Numbered from the whole stretch's first letter, positions 40,375 through 55,285 are shown. The stretch: DNA of 63,906 nt, filler included, from Octopus bimaculoides (GCF_001194135.2; 5 parts of 5 records of this genome joined end to end with filler, not necessarily neighbours in it); one strand, 5' to 3'. The notes: generated from the sequence alone by a model not told the origin. A program made the numbers and translations.

Positions 40375-41013
40375 NNNNNNNNNNNNNNNNNNNNNNNNNN
40401 NNNNNNNNNNNNNNNNNNNNNNNNNNNNNNNNNNNNNNNNNNNNNNNNNNNNNNNNNNNNNNNNNNNNNNNNNNNNNNNNNNNNNNNNNNNNNNNNNNNN
40501 NNNNNNNNNNNNNNNNNNNNNNNNNNNNNNNNNNNNNNNNNNNNNNNNNNNNNNNNNNNNNNNNNNNNNNNNNNNNNNNNNNNNNNNNNNNNNNNNNNNN
40601 NNNNNNNNNNNNNNNNNNNNNNNNNNNNNNNNNNNNNNNNNNNNNNNNNNNNNNNNNNNNNNNNNNNNNNNNNNNNNNNNNNNNNNNNNNNNNNNNNNNN
40701 NNNNNNNNNNNNNNNNNNNNNNNNNNNNNNNNNNNNNNNNNNNNNNNNNNNNNNNNNNNNNNNNNNNNNNNNNNNNNNNNNNNNNNNNNNNNNNNNNNNN
40801 NNNNNNNNNNNNNNNNNNNNNNNNNNNNNNNNNNNNNNNNNNNNNNNNNNNNNNNNNNNNNNNNNNNNNNNNNNNNNNNNNNNNNNNNNNNNNNNNNNNN
40901 NNNNNNNNNNNNNNNNNNNNNNNNNNNNNNNNNNNNNNNNNNNNNNNNNNNNNNNNNNNNNNNNNNNNNNNNNNNNNNNNNNNNNNNNNNNNNNNNNNNN
41001 NNNNNNNNNNNNN

Positions 41014-41046
<33 letters not shown>

Positions 41047-43256
41047 CACACACAAACACACACGCACCACACACATATGCGCAAAGACATATATATTTAC
41101 TTACAGACACGCATACATATACTTACACAGAACTTCAGACGCAATGCCTCCTATGAACAACGAAACGACCAACCAGCCATAAGTACAGCAGACCAAATAT
41201 CTTACGACGGCATTGGCAATGTCGGTGGGGTTGACGATGGCGTGTTTTCGGCCAACAAACTTTACAGCAGCAGACATACAATGAAACACATTATTACTTG
41301 ATAATTTCGTAGTTTCTTGAGATTTCAATTTTTACCTATCAATATATGAATTATTCTCTCATTAGTTTTGCCTGCCAGCTAACACACTATATTAGTGTTA
41401 TAGTGGTCTCCAATGGTTATGGTACTAGTTATTGTGCTGATTGTAGTTGTTCATGTTGTTGATGTTGTTGATGTTGTCGGTGGTGATTGCGATTTAGCTT
41501 TTTGATCAACGTGATGACAATAATCATGATGATGGTTGTATTGTTGTTTTTTATTGTTGTTACTGTTGTTGTTGGTGGTGGTCCTGTTGAATTTGGTTTA
41601 GGATTGTAATGATGCTGATGGTAGTGTTATTGGCGCTGGTGGCGTTGAATTGTGGTGATGATGATGACGATGATGATGATCATGATGGTGGCGGCTGTTG
41701 TGTCAGAGAATCGTGGAGCTGGATTTGTTTTTTGTATATTAACTCCATTTTAATGTTGATCGTGTAATTCTACGATCAGATACATTCAAGCCAAGAACAT
41801 CCAATTTTTCCAACATGCGAGGAAGACAAAAAACACATACCATGTCCTATTCCTGAAATGGCAACGAAAGATTTACAGAGGAGTTGGCTGTTATTTCTAG
41901 CCAATCTAACCAATACATAAAAGCTCCCACTCTGGGGTCTTTTTAATGCTAGAAGTGTTAACGGGATTGTTGGGTGACCTGATTATTTATATTTTTGATA
42001 TTGCTTATCACAAAATCACACATAATCCAGAAAACGTCTGAGAAAAGTCATTCCAACATTAACTATCTCCGCTTTTACCCAATATTAAATGAATCCAGAA
42101 TTATAATCTATAGTGTATGATGTGATGTGATGGTGCCCGATGGTAATGTTTGTTTTGTTATGTGGTGTTGGTGTTAATGTCGGTGCTTTCTGTGGTGCTG
42201 GCGTTTCCAGTGGTGTTCAGTTTGAAAGGACTAGTATGATAGTGTAATGATAATTATGTAACTAAGGAGGTAAATATTCTGGCAGATAATAGTGTCAGTG
42301 TTTTTGCTATTATTGTTAATGCTACTGCCTGGCAACAGTTATCGAGCGGATATTCCAGGTACAATACAAATCAGTTTCGGAGACAGGACACGAAAAGTCC
42401 CGAACGGACACTCACACACAGATACACACGCATGCATACACACAGACAACACACACTCACACACACTTATATATGGTCACCTACAGTGTTTCCATTTACT
42501 AAATTCACTTACAAGTCACTGGTAGGTCCGGTACTGTTTTCAAACTACTTAACCAAGCTGCCGAATTATAAGGCTGAAAGCGAACTTCTTAACCACCCAA
42601 TCACATTGAATTATAGAAGTAATTAAAAATATTGAAATTCATTACAGCCTATAAGTTTTATTCAGGAGAACATACACAATAATTACAGACGCGGTAGGAC
42701 TTCCCTGTGCATCAAAGTAAACGCATGTGAAGTCGATAAGCAAATTCGATATAGCTTCAAAATTCCGCGAAATCACTAACTACCTTGTTTAATGTACATG
42801 ATTCAACAAGAAACGAAACATAAAATATTGATATAAATACCATGTCTGAAAAAATAAGTCGCAATATTCAGGATTGTAAAAACTTTAATTATAAGTCTGC
42901 TCGATCAGAGATAAATAACAAAGTTAACAACAACAGAATGATCTGGGGCTAAATAAGATCGCCATCGCTATTTTCTACACTAATATTATTAGCATAAATG
43001 TTCGTAAACATAGACAAATACCCGCATTCCTAAAAAAAAAATTATTACTAATTTACCTAAAGAGCAGAAGATATACGATGGAGAAAAAAAATGACGAAGT
43101 CGACAAAATTTGGATAATATAAATGTTAATATTTTGCCGTCAATATCTAACTGTGCCAAATATTTTATAGGCATAGAGAACTTAGAAAATATCGATTGAA
43201 ATATTATGATTGGTCGACTGACACGTAAAGTTTTCGTTCACATAAAAAATATAGGC

Positions 43257-43660
43257 CTCTTTTACTCTTTTACTTGTTTCAGTCATTTGACTGCGACCAT
43301 GATGGAGCACTGCCTTTAGTCGGGCAAATCTACCCAAAGACTTAGTCTTTGTAAACCTAGTCCTTATTCTATCGGTGACTTTTGCCGAACCACTAAGTTC
43401 CTGGGATCTAAAGCACAAGTATAGGTTGTCATGCGATGTTAGGGAACAAACACAGATACACAAACATATACACACGCACGCACACACACACCCACACACA
43501 CATATACACATATATAATATATATATATATACAGGACAGGCTTCTTTCGGTTTCTGTCTACCAAATGCGCTCACAAGGCTATAGTAGAAGACACTTGCCC
43601 AAGGTACCACCCAGTGGGGCTGAACCGGGAACCATGTGTTTACGAAGTCTGTCACACTAC
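43257..43660 (-). mobile_element. SINE family A, full-length copy with internal CA/TA microsatellite
   Basis: Tail ttttactcttttacttgtttcagtcatttgactgcg..., body, microsatellite (~43450-43530) and head ...agacacttgcccaaggtaccacccagtggggctgaaccgggaaccatgtg (B-box-like on the minus strand). Confidence 0.9.
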
Positions 43661-44259
43661 GTAACCCCTTAGTTTAGTCTCTTTTACTCTGGCCCCGGGT
43701 CGACTAACATTCCGCTCTGAGGCTGTGTGTATCCGACATTAATAAGCGCAACGCGCTGACAACTATATCAGGAACTTTTACGAAGTATGACGGACACAAA
43801 TATAAAAAAAAGACTAATTGAAAGAGAATTTCCATAACTGACTTCTTTTAAAATAATAATTGCTTGTATTGCTTTAAATGATTTCAATAACAAAAATACA
43901 AATTAATAGTTACAGGTTAAAGTAATCGAATGATGGAATAAAAATAGCTGAGAGTGACATCATCTGCATGAAAACAAAACAGTTAAGTTTGTGATAAAAT
44001 ATTTAATGCAGCGAAAATTAAAACTGCTAACCAATATTAATTGTGTGGCGTGGACAATCAATATTAATGAAATATTTGTGAATTACTAAAATTAGTTTCA
44101 TTCTTTCGTCAAGTACTGTAAGTGCTAAGGTAATTAAAATAGTTTTAGTCACTAACCAACATTATATTTTTCTCGCAGTATAACTATTTCTAGCTGAGTC
44201 TAATAAATATTTTCTCCACTAAGTTACTACTAACATAACTTTTCATCATGTGAGCACGT

Positions 44260-44480
44260 GAACAGCCAGACTATCTGATGTTGTTGCACATCGCTAGTCA
44301 CAATGCACTTTTGCATTGTTTTAGCCTTTAAATGACACCATCCCTCTAGCTAAGCGAACATGCCAACATTCCTCCACTCTCATGGAAATGGCTCTGGAGC
44401 AACGTGAAATGGAGTGTTTTGCTCAAGGACACAGTGCGTCACCCATTCAGTGAATCGAACTCACGATCCAGCGATCGAGA
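44260..44480 (-). mobile_element. tRNA-derived SINE related to family C
   Basis: ctggagcaacgtgaaatggagtgttttgctcaaggacac...gaatcgaactcacgatc matches 7277-7360. Confidence 0.7.
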
Positions 44481-44841
44481 GTGCTACACGCCATCACTTT
44501 TCCCACAATGAATGAATATGTCCTCCGGCGAATTGAAGCTGGGGATCATATTTCAACATAACCGCTGCACTTTGGCCCAGATCCATTTTCTAACAATTTC
44601 TACCGATACTCATTAAACGAAACTTAGAACACGTACAATGTGATGTTTCACTCTATCGCTTGATTGTGCGAATTTTAATAAAATCTTCAACTTGTAAGTT
44701 TACGGTAATGATATCTGCGCTATGTTCTGTCCAATTTGTATCCCCATCCAGTATCAGGTGACTCATTCATAGTTCGGTATATGGTGTTATGTTGGTTGCA
44801 TAATGCACTTACAGAAATGAGATATTTCAGGACGCTCTAAC

Positions 44842-44842
<1 letters not shown>

Positions 44843-44891
<49 letters not shown>

Positions 44892-44905
44892 GTATCTATC
44901 TATCT
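44843..44905. repeat. (TATC)n microsatellite
   Basis: Direct reading. Confidence 0.95.
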
Positions 44906-45102
44906 ATCTATGTATATGTGTGTGTGTATGTGGGCATATACATGTAAATATTTGTATAACGTTAAATGGTGTACCTTTTTGGAAAATTGTAAAAATAATA
45001 ATAGCATACAATCATACAAATAATTTACAAATACAATTATATTTTCGTCAATTTTGCAATGCTTTCCATTTTTATCATGTACATATACATATATATATAC
45101 AT

Positions 45103-45258
45103 ATACATATAGACGTATATATATATATACATATAGACGTATATATATATATACATATAGACGTATATATATATATACATATAGACGTATATATATATAT
45201 ATAGACGTATATATATATACATATAGACGTCTATATATATATATATAGACGTATATAT
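45103..45258. repeat. ~24-bp minisatellite (catatagacgtatatatatatata) running into a gap
   Basis: atagacgt recurs 7 times at 20-24-bp spacing. Confidence 0.9.
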
Positions 45259-47278
45259 NNNNNNNNNNNNNNNNNNNNNNNNNNNNNNNNNNNNNNNNNN
45301 NNNNNNNNNNNNNNNNNNNNNNNNNNNNNNNNNNNNNNNNNNNNNNNNNNNNNNNNNNNNNNNNNNNNNNNNNNNNNNNNNNNNNNNNNNNNNNNNNNNN
45401 NNNNNNNNNNNNNNNNNNNNNNNNNNNNNNNNNNNNNNNNNNNNNNNNNNNNNNNNNNNNNNNNNNNNNNNNNNNNNNNNNNNNNNNNNNNNNNNNNNNN
45501 NNNNNNNNNNNNNNNNNNNNNNNNNNNNNNNNNNNNNNNNNNNNNNNNNNNNNNNNNNNNNNNNNNNNNNNNNNNNNNNNNNNNNNNNNNNNNNNNNNNN
45601 NNNNNNNNNNNNNNNNNNNNNNNNNNNNNNNNNNNNNNNNNNNNNNNNNNNNNNNNNNNNNNNNNNNNNNNNNNNNNNNNNNNNNNNNNNNNNNNNNNNN
45701 NNNNNNNNNNNNNNNNNNNNNNNNNNNNNNNNNNNNNNNNNNNNNNNNNNNNNNNNNNNNNNNNNNNNNNNNNNNNNNNNNNNNNNNNNNNNNNNNNNNN
45801 NNNNNNNNNNNNNNNNNNNNNNNNNNNNNNNNNNNNNNNNNNNNNNNNNNNNNNNNNNNNNNNNNNNNNNNNNNNNNNNNNNNNNNNNNNNNNNNNNNNN
45901 NNNNNNNNNNNNNNNNNNNNNNNNNNNNNNNNNAGGAGAAAAACACGGAGAAAAAAAATACATATATATACATGTGTGCCTGTGTGTTTGCATGCATGCA
46001 TGTATATATATATATATGTATGTATGTATGTATGGATGTATTTCGCTGCTGTATTCGGTTTGATTTTTTGCAGCTGTGAGGTGACATTTTTGTTGTATTA
46101 TTTCCAACACGCACTGCACTGTAAACACGGCATCATTTTTATTTCGCATCAAGTCAGATGAGTATATATTTTATTGTTTCCAAAGGTGTATTTCAATTGT
46201 AAAGACTAGGTATAACAATATGTGTAATCCATAGAGATTACACACATATGTGTTCATATATATATATAAAACAATAAAGTTAACGTGCATAAAATGTGGT
46301 TTGGCCTTTAAGTAATTTAGTTCATTTAACATTTTATTTGTTATATTATCGGATAAAAGTATCCTAAGGTGTCTCAAGAATAAAGTAACTTTCAGTATTC
46401 TTCTGTAACTGAATGCAATGGAATAACGCCAAATGGTTCGTGTTTTGCGTCGTGCCAGAAAAAAATAGAGGAGATAAAGAAAGAGGAAAAACACAAGAAA
46501 AAATTTCCCCCAAGTAAACAAGAGCTCTCGAACGTGGTCGCAAAAGCTTGCTTGAAGTAGCTGCTGAATCTTGCATCTTAAGAAAGGAAAGGAAACAACA
46601 GATAATGTGGCAATGCATGTAGCTAAATAGACGGCTTGGTCATAAAAGGAACGCCTTTGATCAATCATAGGTCTTTTCGATCGGAGTTGACCTGGAGCCA
46701 AACAGCGATATCGCCAAATACAACGACTAGAACAGAAATGCTACCAGCGAGGAGAGCAACAACAGCCAAACCAACAACAACTATAATGGCTACCACAGGA
46801 GAAAAAGAAAGAAGCCAAAACAACTGAAGTCATATTGTGAAGCATAGTATGGAATCGATATGGCGTTCTAAGGACACCAAAGCCGAATAAAATCAACAAG
46901 ACTATTGGCTATCTAAGAATATGTGATGAATTATCTATTCTCATTTGTGTAATTCTAGTCTTTTTCACTTTATTTTTCTTGTTTTAGTGTTTAAAATATC
47001 GCTGTAGTGAAGAAGCAATCCTGGCGTTTCGTAAAGAATCGGTGCTTCCTGATAAATGCTAAAGAGGCATTTAACTTCTACACATACAATTCTGAAAAAG
47101 GAAAAAAAAACCCCAAAAAACAGCACTTTCCAAAGGTTAGTCAAACCTCAACAGTGGACAAATAAAATATAATTCGAGTAATTTGTAGATAAAAATAAAA
47201 CAAGCGCAAGAACACTGCACTATGCGATTTAAAGTTCAGCTTAAATGATATACGTGTGTATGTATGTGTGCATGCATG

Positions 47279-47318
<40 letters not shown>

Positions 47319-47824
47319 CATATGTATTTTCATATTTACTATATACTTTATATAAGTATATGTATTTTTATAATTGTATATGTATATTGATGTATATTTC
47401 TATATACACATAAACATCTATATATACAGGTAGGTGTATATATATATATATATATNNNNNNNNNNNNNNNNNNNNNNNNNNNNNNNNNNNNNNNNNNNNN
47501 NNNNNNNNNNNNNNNNNNNNNNNNNNNNNNNNNNNNNNNNNNNNNNNNNNNNNNNNNNNNNNNNNNNNNNNNNNNNNNNNNNNNNNNNNNNNNNNNNNNN
47601 NNNNNNNNNNNNNNNNNNNNNNNNNNNNNNNNNNNNNNNNNNNNATATATATATATATATATATATATACATATGTATGTATGTATGTATAGATATATAG
47701 ATAGATAGATAGATGGATGGACGGATAGATGCACACAAGTGTGAAAAATTGAACACATCACCAGTAAAAGTCTGTACTTCTAAAGCTTGTTCTGCGCTAG
47801 TTTTGCCCACATATCTGGCATTCG

Positions 47825-48049
47825 ATTGGTAGAACAATGAATGGTGATGAAGTTGAAAAAGGAACTAGCAAACTTTCTATTTAGTATAATACCATTGGTA
47901 AACAGAATAATCCAGTTAAAGATGTTGTTACAAAAACGCATCGTATTTTTAGTGAGCCAAAGAAATCGAATTTCGCTTTTGAAGCTAACGATCCTACTGA
48001 CATTAGCAGCAGAAAAGAAATGTTATCTTTTGTTCGCTACATGGAATTG
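47825..48049 (+). mobile_element. hAT (Charlie/ZBED5-like) transposase relic
   Basis: IGRTMNGDEVEKGTSKLSI*YNTI...SNFAFEANDPTDISSRKEMLSFVRYME matches the Charlie-type GDEAEK..SKVPLSNNTI...FALQLDESTDIS..AQLLAFVRY. Confidence 0.75.
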
Positions 48050-48241
48050 TAATTGTAAGAGTTTTGTTCCGTAATTCTAAGATTGAAAAAAATTGAGCGA
48101 AAAGCAGAAATAGAGTGAGAGAGAAAGAAATAAAGGGGAGAGAGAGGGGGAAAACAAATAGGTAGGCAGACAAACATGTAGACCAGAGGTCATACATTGT
48201 AGCAACAGCCGAACAGCTACAATGGTATGATCTAAGGTGAA

Positions 48242-48418
48242 TACCTCAGAGATCGTATCTCACTAGAATCTTCGTGGAATGTGGAAGATGGTACTCTGTG
48301 ACCAACAATGCCGTACGATCCACCAATAAGGATATTTCCGCAAATGAGAGTACAAAAACTCTACTGCTGTGCGGTATCATCTGCAAGGGAATTCTCACTC
48401 ATGAAACGAACACAATGT
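48242..48418 (+). mobile_element. hAT C-terminal dimerisation-domain relic
   Basis: ISLESSWN...AVSSAREFSLMKRTQ resembles the hAT SL..FW...SSA.EREFS.M motif. Confidence 0.55.
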
Positions 48419-49003
48419 TAGAAATGCATTATTTGTGCAAATGAGTGTATTCTATTTTCTTAGTTTTCTAAGCATTACGGAATGCTAGCTTTTTAAGCAT
48501 TGGCTCATTATGTGTTAAAAGACAGTTCTCGTTTGTTGATACTCTCGCAGTAGTTCATGACTTCAGTGACTCCTAAACTTCCTTTGTCAATGGAGTTGCT
48601 TTGTCTAAGTACAGGTTACGTACGTGAATATTTTCATGTAGTTGGTTAAACGCTACATATATACTCTACTGTACAGATCAGAATTAAATATATAAACCAC
48701 AATCAAATGCGAAAATTTTAATCGCAGGGTCGTAGAAGTAAAAACGATACTTGTCGTGATAACATGATACTGGCAAATTACTGATCGCTCTATTCTTTAA
48801 AGAAAGAAAACAATACGTTTCTCTGATGCATTTCTGTTACTAATCCTCTCTAATGATGGCCTCTACTTAATCAGTCCTAAAGTATAATCGTATCGCATTT
48901 TTGTTCACAAAAAATTGCTTATATAAACCAAAGAAATACATTCTTGAAATAAAGGGAGATAATCTAATTCATTTGCAATACCAATGGATGAAACACAAAG
49001 CTT

Positions 49004-49054
<51 letters not shown>

Positions 49055-49529
49055 TTTCAAACAAGTATATATTATAATATAATGACACTTGGCGTGATAA
49101 TGTCAATTTGGTTCCATATATAACTAAATGGTTTTCTGAAGCAGCCGTTGATACTTGATACTGTCATTTAGTTTATGTTCTGCATTACGTATATATAGAC
49201 TAAAGCGTTGAAACGATGTTTTCACAAGAGTTTCAAGTTATTGTTTATAGTTCATAGTTGTGAGTTCTTGTATTTATTTCTAACAAAGATCAAATATAGT
49301 TAAATGACTAAGCATCTTAAAAATGAAAAGAATATTATATGACTGCTTATCTTTTGTATACACCCCACCAACCAACAAGCACGTACACATTTATACAAAT
49401 GAAGCACACATAGAATCATACACATATATATATACAAACAGACCTACAAACAAACATATAACACATACAGATACGTGTATGTTTTATATACATATACATA
49501 GATATGCGCATATACATATATTTAGCTAC

Positions 49530-49580
<51 letters not shown>

Positions 49581-50005
49581 NNNNNNNNNNNNNNNNNNNN
49601 NNNNNNNNNNNNNNNNNNNNNNNNNNNNNNNNNNNNNNNNNNNNNNNNNNNNNNNNNNNNNNNNNNNNNNNNNNNNNNNNNNNNNNNNNNNNNNNNNNNN
49701 NNNNNNNNNNNNNNNNNNNNNNNNNNNNNNNNNNNNNNNNNNNNNNNNNNNNNNNNNNNNNNNNNNNNNNNNNNNNNNNNNNNNNNNNNNNNNNNNNNNN
49801 NNNNNNNNNNNNNNNNNNNNNNNNNNNNNNNNNNNNNNNNNNNNNNNNNNNNNNNNNNNNNNNNNNNNNNNNNNNNNNNNNNNNNNNNNNNNNNNNNNNN
49901 NNNNNNNNNNNNNNNNNNNNNNNNNNNNNNNNNNNNNNNNNNNNNNNNNNNNNNNNNNNNNNNNNNNNNNNNNNNNNNNNNNNNNNNNNNNNNNNNNNNN
50001 NNNNN

Positions 50006-50058
<53 letters not shown>

Positions 50059-50291
50059 AGTTGTGTGTGTATGTATGTGCATACGCACACATTAATGGGA
50101 TAATAAAACATAGTATCAGATATACTGATGGACAGATATCTGTGAAGTATTGTATAGAAAACTATTATCCACAATCTAATTTAACACTCCATTATAATAT
50201 AACTGTTATCTCTGTAACCATTGTTCTACTTGCAACACAATATACAACACCGGCTTATATACAATATTTTTCAAAACACTCACATACACAA

Positions 50292-50326
<35 letters not shown>

Positions 50327-53300
50327 NNNNNNNNNNNNNNNNNNNNNNNNNNNNNNNNNNNNNNNNNNNNNNNNNNNNNNNNNNNNNNNNNNNNNNNNNN
50401 NNNNNNNNNNNNNNNNNNNNNNNNNNNNNNNNNNNNNNNNNNNNNNNNNNNNNNNNNNNNNNNNNNNNNNNNNNNNNNNNNNNNNNNNNNNNNNNNNNNN
50501 NNNNNNNNNNNNNNNNNNNNNNNNNNNNNNNNNNNNNNNNNNNNNNNNNNNNNNNNNNNNNNNNNNNNNNNNNNNNNNNNNNNNNNNNNNNNNNNNNNNN
50601 NNNNNNNNNNNNNNNNNNNNNNNNNNNNNNNNNNNNNNNNNNNNNNNNNNNNNNNNNNNNNNNNNNNNNNNNNNNNNNNNNNNNNNNNNNNNNNNNNNNN
50701 NNNNNNNNNNNNNNNNNNNNNNNNNNNNNNNNNNNNNNNNNNNNNNNNNNNNNNNNNNNNNNNNNNNNNNNNNNNNNNNNNNNNNNNNNNNNNNNNNNNN
50801 NNNNNNNNNNNNNNNNNNNNNNNNNNNNNNNNATATATATATATATATATATATATACAAAGATTGTGTTAATGTGTTTTTTTTATTCTTAATACGTGTA
50901 TTGTTAACGTGTGTTTAATTATATCCAACATACACATATTTATTTTATTTTATTTTGTTATCGATGATTCCCCGCTTTTTGCTGACTTGCGCAGTCGATT
51001 CTCTTCTTTCTTTGATAATACCATCATACATAATTACACAGGCCCACACACAATGATGCACAAACACACATCTACATACAAGCACAAACACAAACACATT
51101 CACACACGTAGGCGCTCACTAAACTAGGACCACACATATTCACGTGCCACGCGTGTGAGTAGGCGCGTAGATATGACTCTTTGAATGAATATTTTGCAGA
51201 AAGATTCCGTCGCTAATAACGAATTAGACATAAATTTATGACGTATGGTAAGAGGACTTGCTTGAAATAGCCATGGAATTTCCCTTAGATTTAATTTTAA
51301 ATTCTTAAAACCTGAAGTATACTGGAAAATGTAGTCCGACATATAAAAGCTGAGATTAAGGTCACGGCTAAAATATATCTTTTGATCGTAATGTACTCAT
51401 GTTGGACTTAACATCTATAATGCCTACATAAGATAGCTGCACTCCACACCCCACACATTCAAGATCCCACCACCCACAATCTTCACTGCCACACTCATAT
51501 TCATACATGTTATCAAAAGACACACATTTTATGCACCCCATGAACTATCAACTTCAAGTGGGAACACATTCATTCAGATGTTATGCTTTATTGAATCATC
51601 GATCCTTTAAAGAAAATTGTACTTTAGTTGTATCTTTTTAAATCTTTATTCTGGTGAGAAACATGTGGCCATAAACAGTTACAGAGCTTGTTAGGCAGGG
51701 CGGAGAGGACGAGAAATATATTCGATCGGAGGTGTAGCCCAGTGCTATCGCCAGAACACCCACAGCTAAAGGATCCTTCGGTACCAGGATCAACATATAT
51801 CGTATGAATGTAATCTGGTTGACAGGAATCGGAACAGAAGCCCTTCGGATGCAGTATATCCCTATTTTAATGATCTCACTTTCTGTCACACAATACACAT
51901 GTCCATAACTTATTACAGCAATTAGACTAAACTGATATTCAATTGATTGAAAAATTCAATACATAATGACCACAATTTTGAATAGACGCCATTTGTATTA
52001 TATATAGATTTTTGGTTCCATGATATACTATGGTTACTAGAGGTTAGAAGTTTATGTTATTGGTTGTTTCTTTCATTTAACATTCGTATTTGTAGAAACT
52101 AGTGTCTATTACATAGTGTCACGTGTCTCACACTTGTATTTTTGTTGTTGATTAGCACAAGGATAGCCTTGACCGAGTAAATGTAACCCCAGTTACATTC
52201 CGGCTAAATATGACTAACCCATATTCTTCCCCTGATGCGGTGACCTCAAAACTATATAATGCATAATGTCACTTATATTTCTTCTTTTTCTTTATCGTCT
52301 ATGATGGTCTATTTAAATTTGAGATTTGCATCCTATTTCTAGCAAATTAGCCCACGTTTTAAAAGAGAACGCGTGGGAATTGTTTGTACCCGTTTAACTA
52401 TATTCATGTCTGTAAAAGATTAATAATAGGAACCATAGTGAGTTTTAGCTCTATATTCTAAAGAATCGAGATGTAAGTAGTACTTTTTATACATGTGGAG
52501 GAACGTGCGTTAGTGGTTGTGGTGTTACATTCATAATCGTAAAATTGCGCTTTCAATTTCTAGACCGGATCAGGACTAGTGTTCTTAAGAAAAACAGTTC
52601 AATCCGTGTTACTCCAGTCCACTGAGATGGCGAAAATGAGTAATCCTTTAAAGAGTAATATATGTGTCCAAGAATCCAGGACACCGGTTGTATGATACTG
52701 GAAGGACTTTCGAGTGTTTTGTTTTGCATATATACATATATATAGACACACATATACAAATATAAATGCATACATATATTCATACATACAATACATATAT
52801 ATTATAAGTGTGTGGGTGTGTGTGTTTCTAAGATGATACCAGATTGTCTCACTAATGATCCAGAATGAGTAGTTTTTCTCGTGTATAAGACATCTGTCAA
52901 CGGCAGAAATCTTCAGCCAGTTGATCCGCTCAAATCACACCTCGAAACCCCATCCCCGACGTATCAGTTAATCACCATTCTGCTCTTTTTATTCAAAACC
53001 ATCTAGCAACCTCCTCTGCCGTTTCGTTGATGGAATGTATAAGAGAAAATAAAGAGAGCTATGAAAAAAAAAAAAATAAAAGAGACTATTTAACAGTCAA
53101 AGCATAACAAGAAATTAAGATGTATTTTGATTGGACTATTCCTTAGAGATTTCTGATACACAATTTACTATAATTTCAAAACAAACCTCTTTGAAAAACT
53201 ACAACAGACCAATAAATAGAGACGCGCATTATGTTAGAGTCACCAATATCATAGTTAACGTAGTGCAACCATAATCGTAGCTAGTTTCTAAGTCACTGAC

Positions 53301-54146
53301 TTCACCAGAGAGCTACAAAGTCGGCTATAGAGTATTGAAACACAATGAATACACTGGCGTTGCTGTTCTAGACAGCACCGTTTGAGTGTTTTTTTCTTGT
53401 TGATTTTAGTTTTCGCTTGGTTTTTCAAGAGAGAATCGATACATAAACTCATTCAGAGAACGTTCGGCTTTCAAAGTTTTATTTAAATTTTCGACCAATA
53501 GAGGTCCCAGCGAGAATAACGTGTCTTCTGTTGATGTACACAATGAACACAGATTAACGAATACACTGCACATCGGGTGGTATTGTGTTAATGAAGGAGT
53601 ACACGTGTAAGAGTGTAGCGTGTAGCGTGTATGACTGTGGTTCTGAATGTATATGTGTATGTTTGTGTGTGTGTGTTCGTGTATTTGCGTGTAAGTGATT
53701 GTGTGTGAGTGTTGCTTCTGTAATGTGTTAAAGGTGTGTGAAAAGAGGCATTGATATTCTGACGGAGAACGGGAAAGGTGATGAAGAAGAAAGAAAAATA
53801 ATACTAGCAGCGAAAGATGAATAGAGAGAAAGGGAGAGGAGGAGGAGAGGAGGAGTAAGAGAAACAGAGGAACAAAGCGAAGAAAATTGATGAAGAGAGA
53901 GAGAAAGAGCAACAAAGAAAATGGCGGAAAAGAAACCAAAACGAAAGAAAAAATGGTGAGAGTTAAGCATGAAAGAGAGAGAGAGAGAGAGAGTGGTAGA
54001 GCGAGGGAGAGGGAGGACTTGAGAGAAAGTGTGAGTCTGAATGAGATTTAATGAACAAAACAGCATAAATAAAACCATAAGAAAATAGCAGATGCTACAC
54101 ATTTATACATACACGAAAACTTATATACTTAAACACACACCTGTAC

Positions 54147-54233
<87 letters not shown>

Positions 54234-54472
54234 ACTATATATGTGTGTGTATGTAGGTGCGTGCATATATATTTATACATATACCTATATGCGTGTGTAT
54301 ATATGTATCCATCTCTTTGCATACATACTTACCGGTCTGTCTGTGTCTATCTAGCTATCTGTCTATCTGCCTATCCATCTGTCTGTCTGTCTGTGTGTCT
54401 ATTTATTTATTTATCCATCTATCTATCAATCTATCTACATACATATACCTACATAATTACAAACACAAAGAT

Positions 54473-54527
<55 letters not shown>

Positions 54528-55005
54528 CACACAAAGATGTGCATGTGTGTATACATGTATGGTCGTGTTTATATATGCGATAGTTACACGTAATTACGTA
54601 GAAATCTCAACTGATACACATCTATAGGTATGCCCGTCCATACGTATATCTACATATATACACAAAGATACACGGACGTATGGGCATATATGTGTGTGTG
54701 GTATTGTGTGTTTGTTCGTGTCTGTGTATGTGCATTGTGCGTGCTTTCGTATGTGAGACTATGTGTACAGACGATAGTAACTGGTAAACAATAAACAGAG
54801 AAGATGGATACAGAGAAACGAAAACTTCTAGGGGAGAAATATTTGAAAAGAAGAAACGAACAAAAAACAAACATCATAACAAATATACATACATACACAT
54901 ACACACAAACACACACACGTACATATATATATATATATATATATATGCACATATATATACATATATGTGCAGTCAGACTCACACTTTCTCTGAACTACTC
55001 CCTCT

Positions 55006-55105
55006 NNNNNNNNNNNNNNNNNNNNNNNNNNNNNNNNNNNNNNNNNNNNTTAATTAATTAANNNNNNNNNNNNNNNNNNNNNNNNNNNNNNNNNNNNNNN
55101 NNNNN
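55006..55105. other. Artificial contig linker
   Basis: 44N-TTAATTAATTAA(55050-55061)-44N. Confidence 0.95.
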
Positions 55106-55189
55106 AATTTATATTCCTACCCTTGGAATAAAAAAAAGAAAAGAAAAGAAAAGAAAAGAAAAGTAAAGAACACGAAGAAAGTATAATAA

Positions 55190-55190
55190 C

Positions 55191-55254
<64 letters not shown>

Positions 55255-55285
55255 GTAACAATGACAACAACAACAGCAACAACAA
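55190..55285. repeat. (AAT)n grading into (AAC)n microsatellite
   Basis: Direct reading. Confidence 0.9.

Noticed and set aside
51640-51900. Reverse-transcriptase-like GVAQ..VLSP / NIY / MQY
   Set aside because: Needs several frameshifts and lacks YADD; not distinguishable from chance by eye.
52830-53030. FERINWL, L2/Crack-like peptide on -
   Set aside because: A single short motif only.
53406-53600. Open frames on both strands (GPCR-tail-like on +)
   Set aside because: No transmembrane or NPxxY motif and no convincing splice pair.
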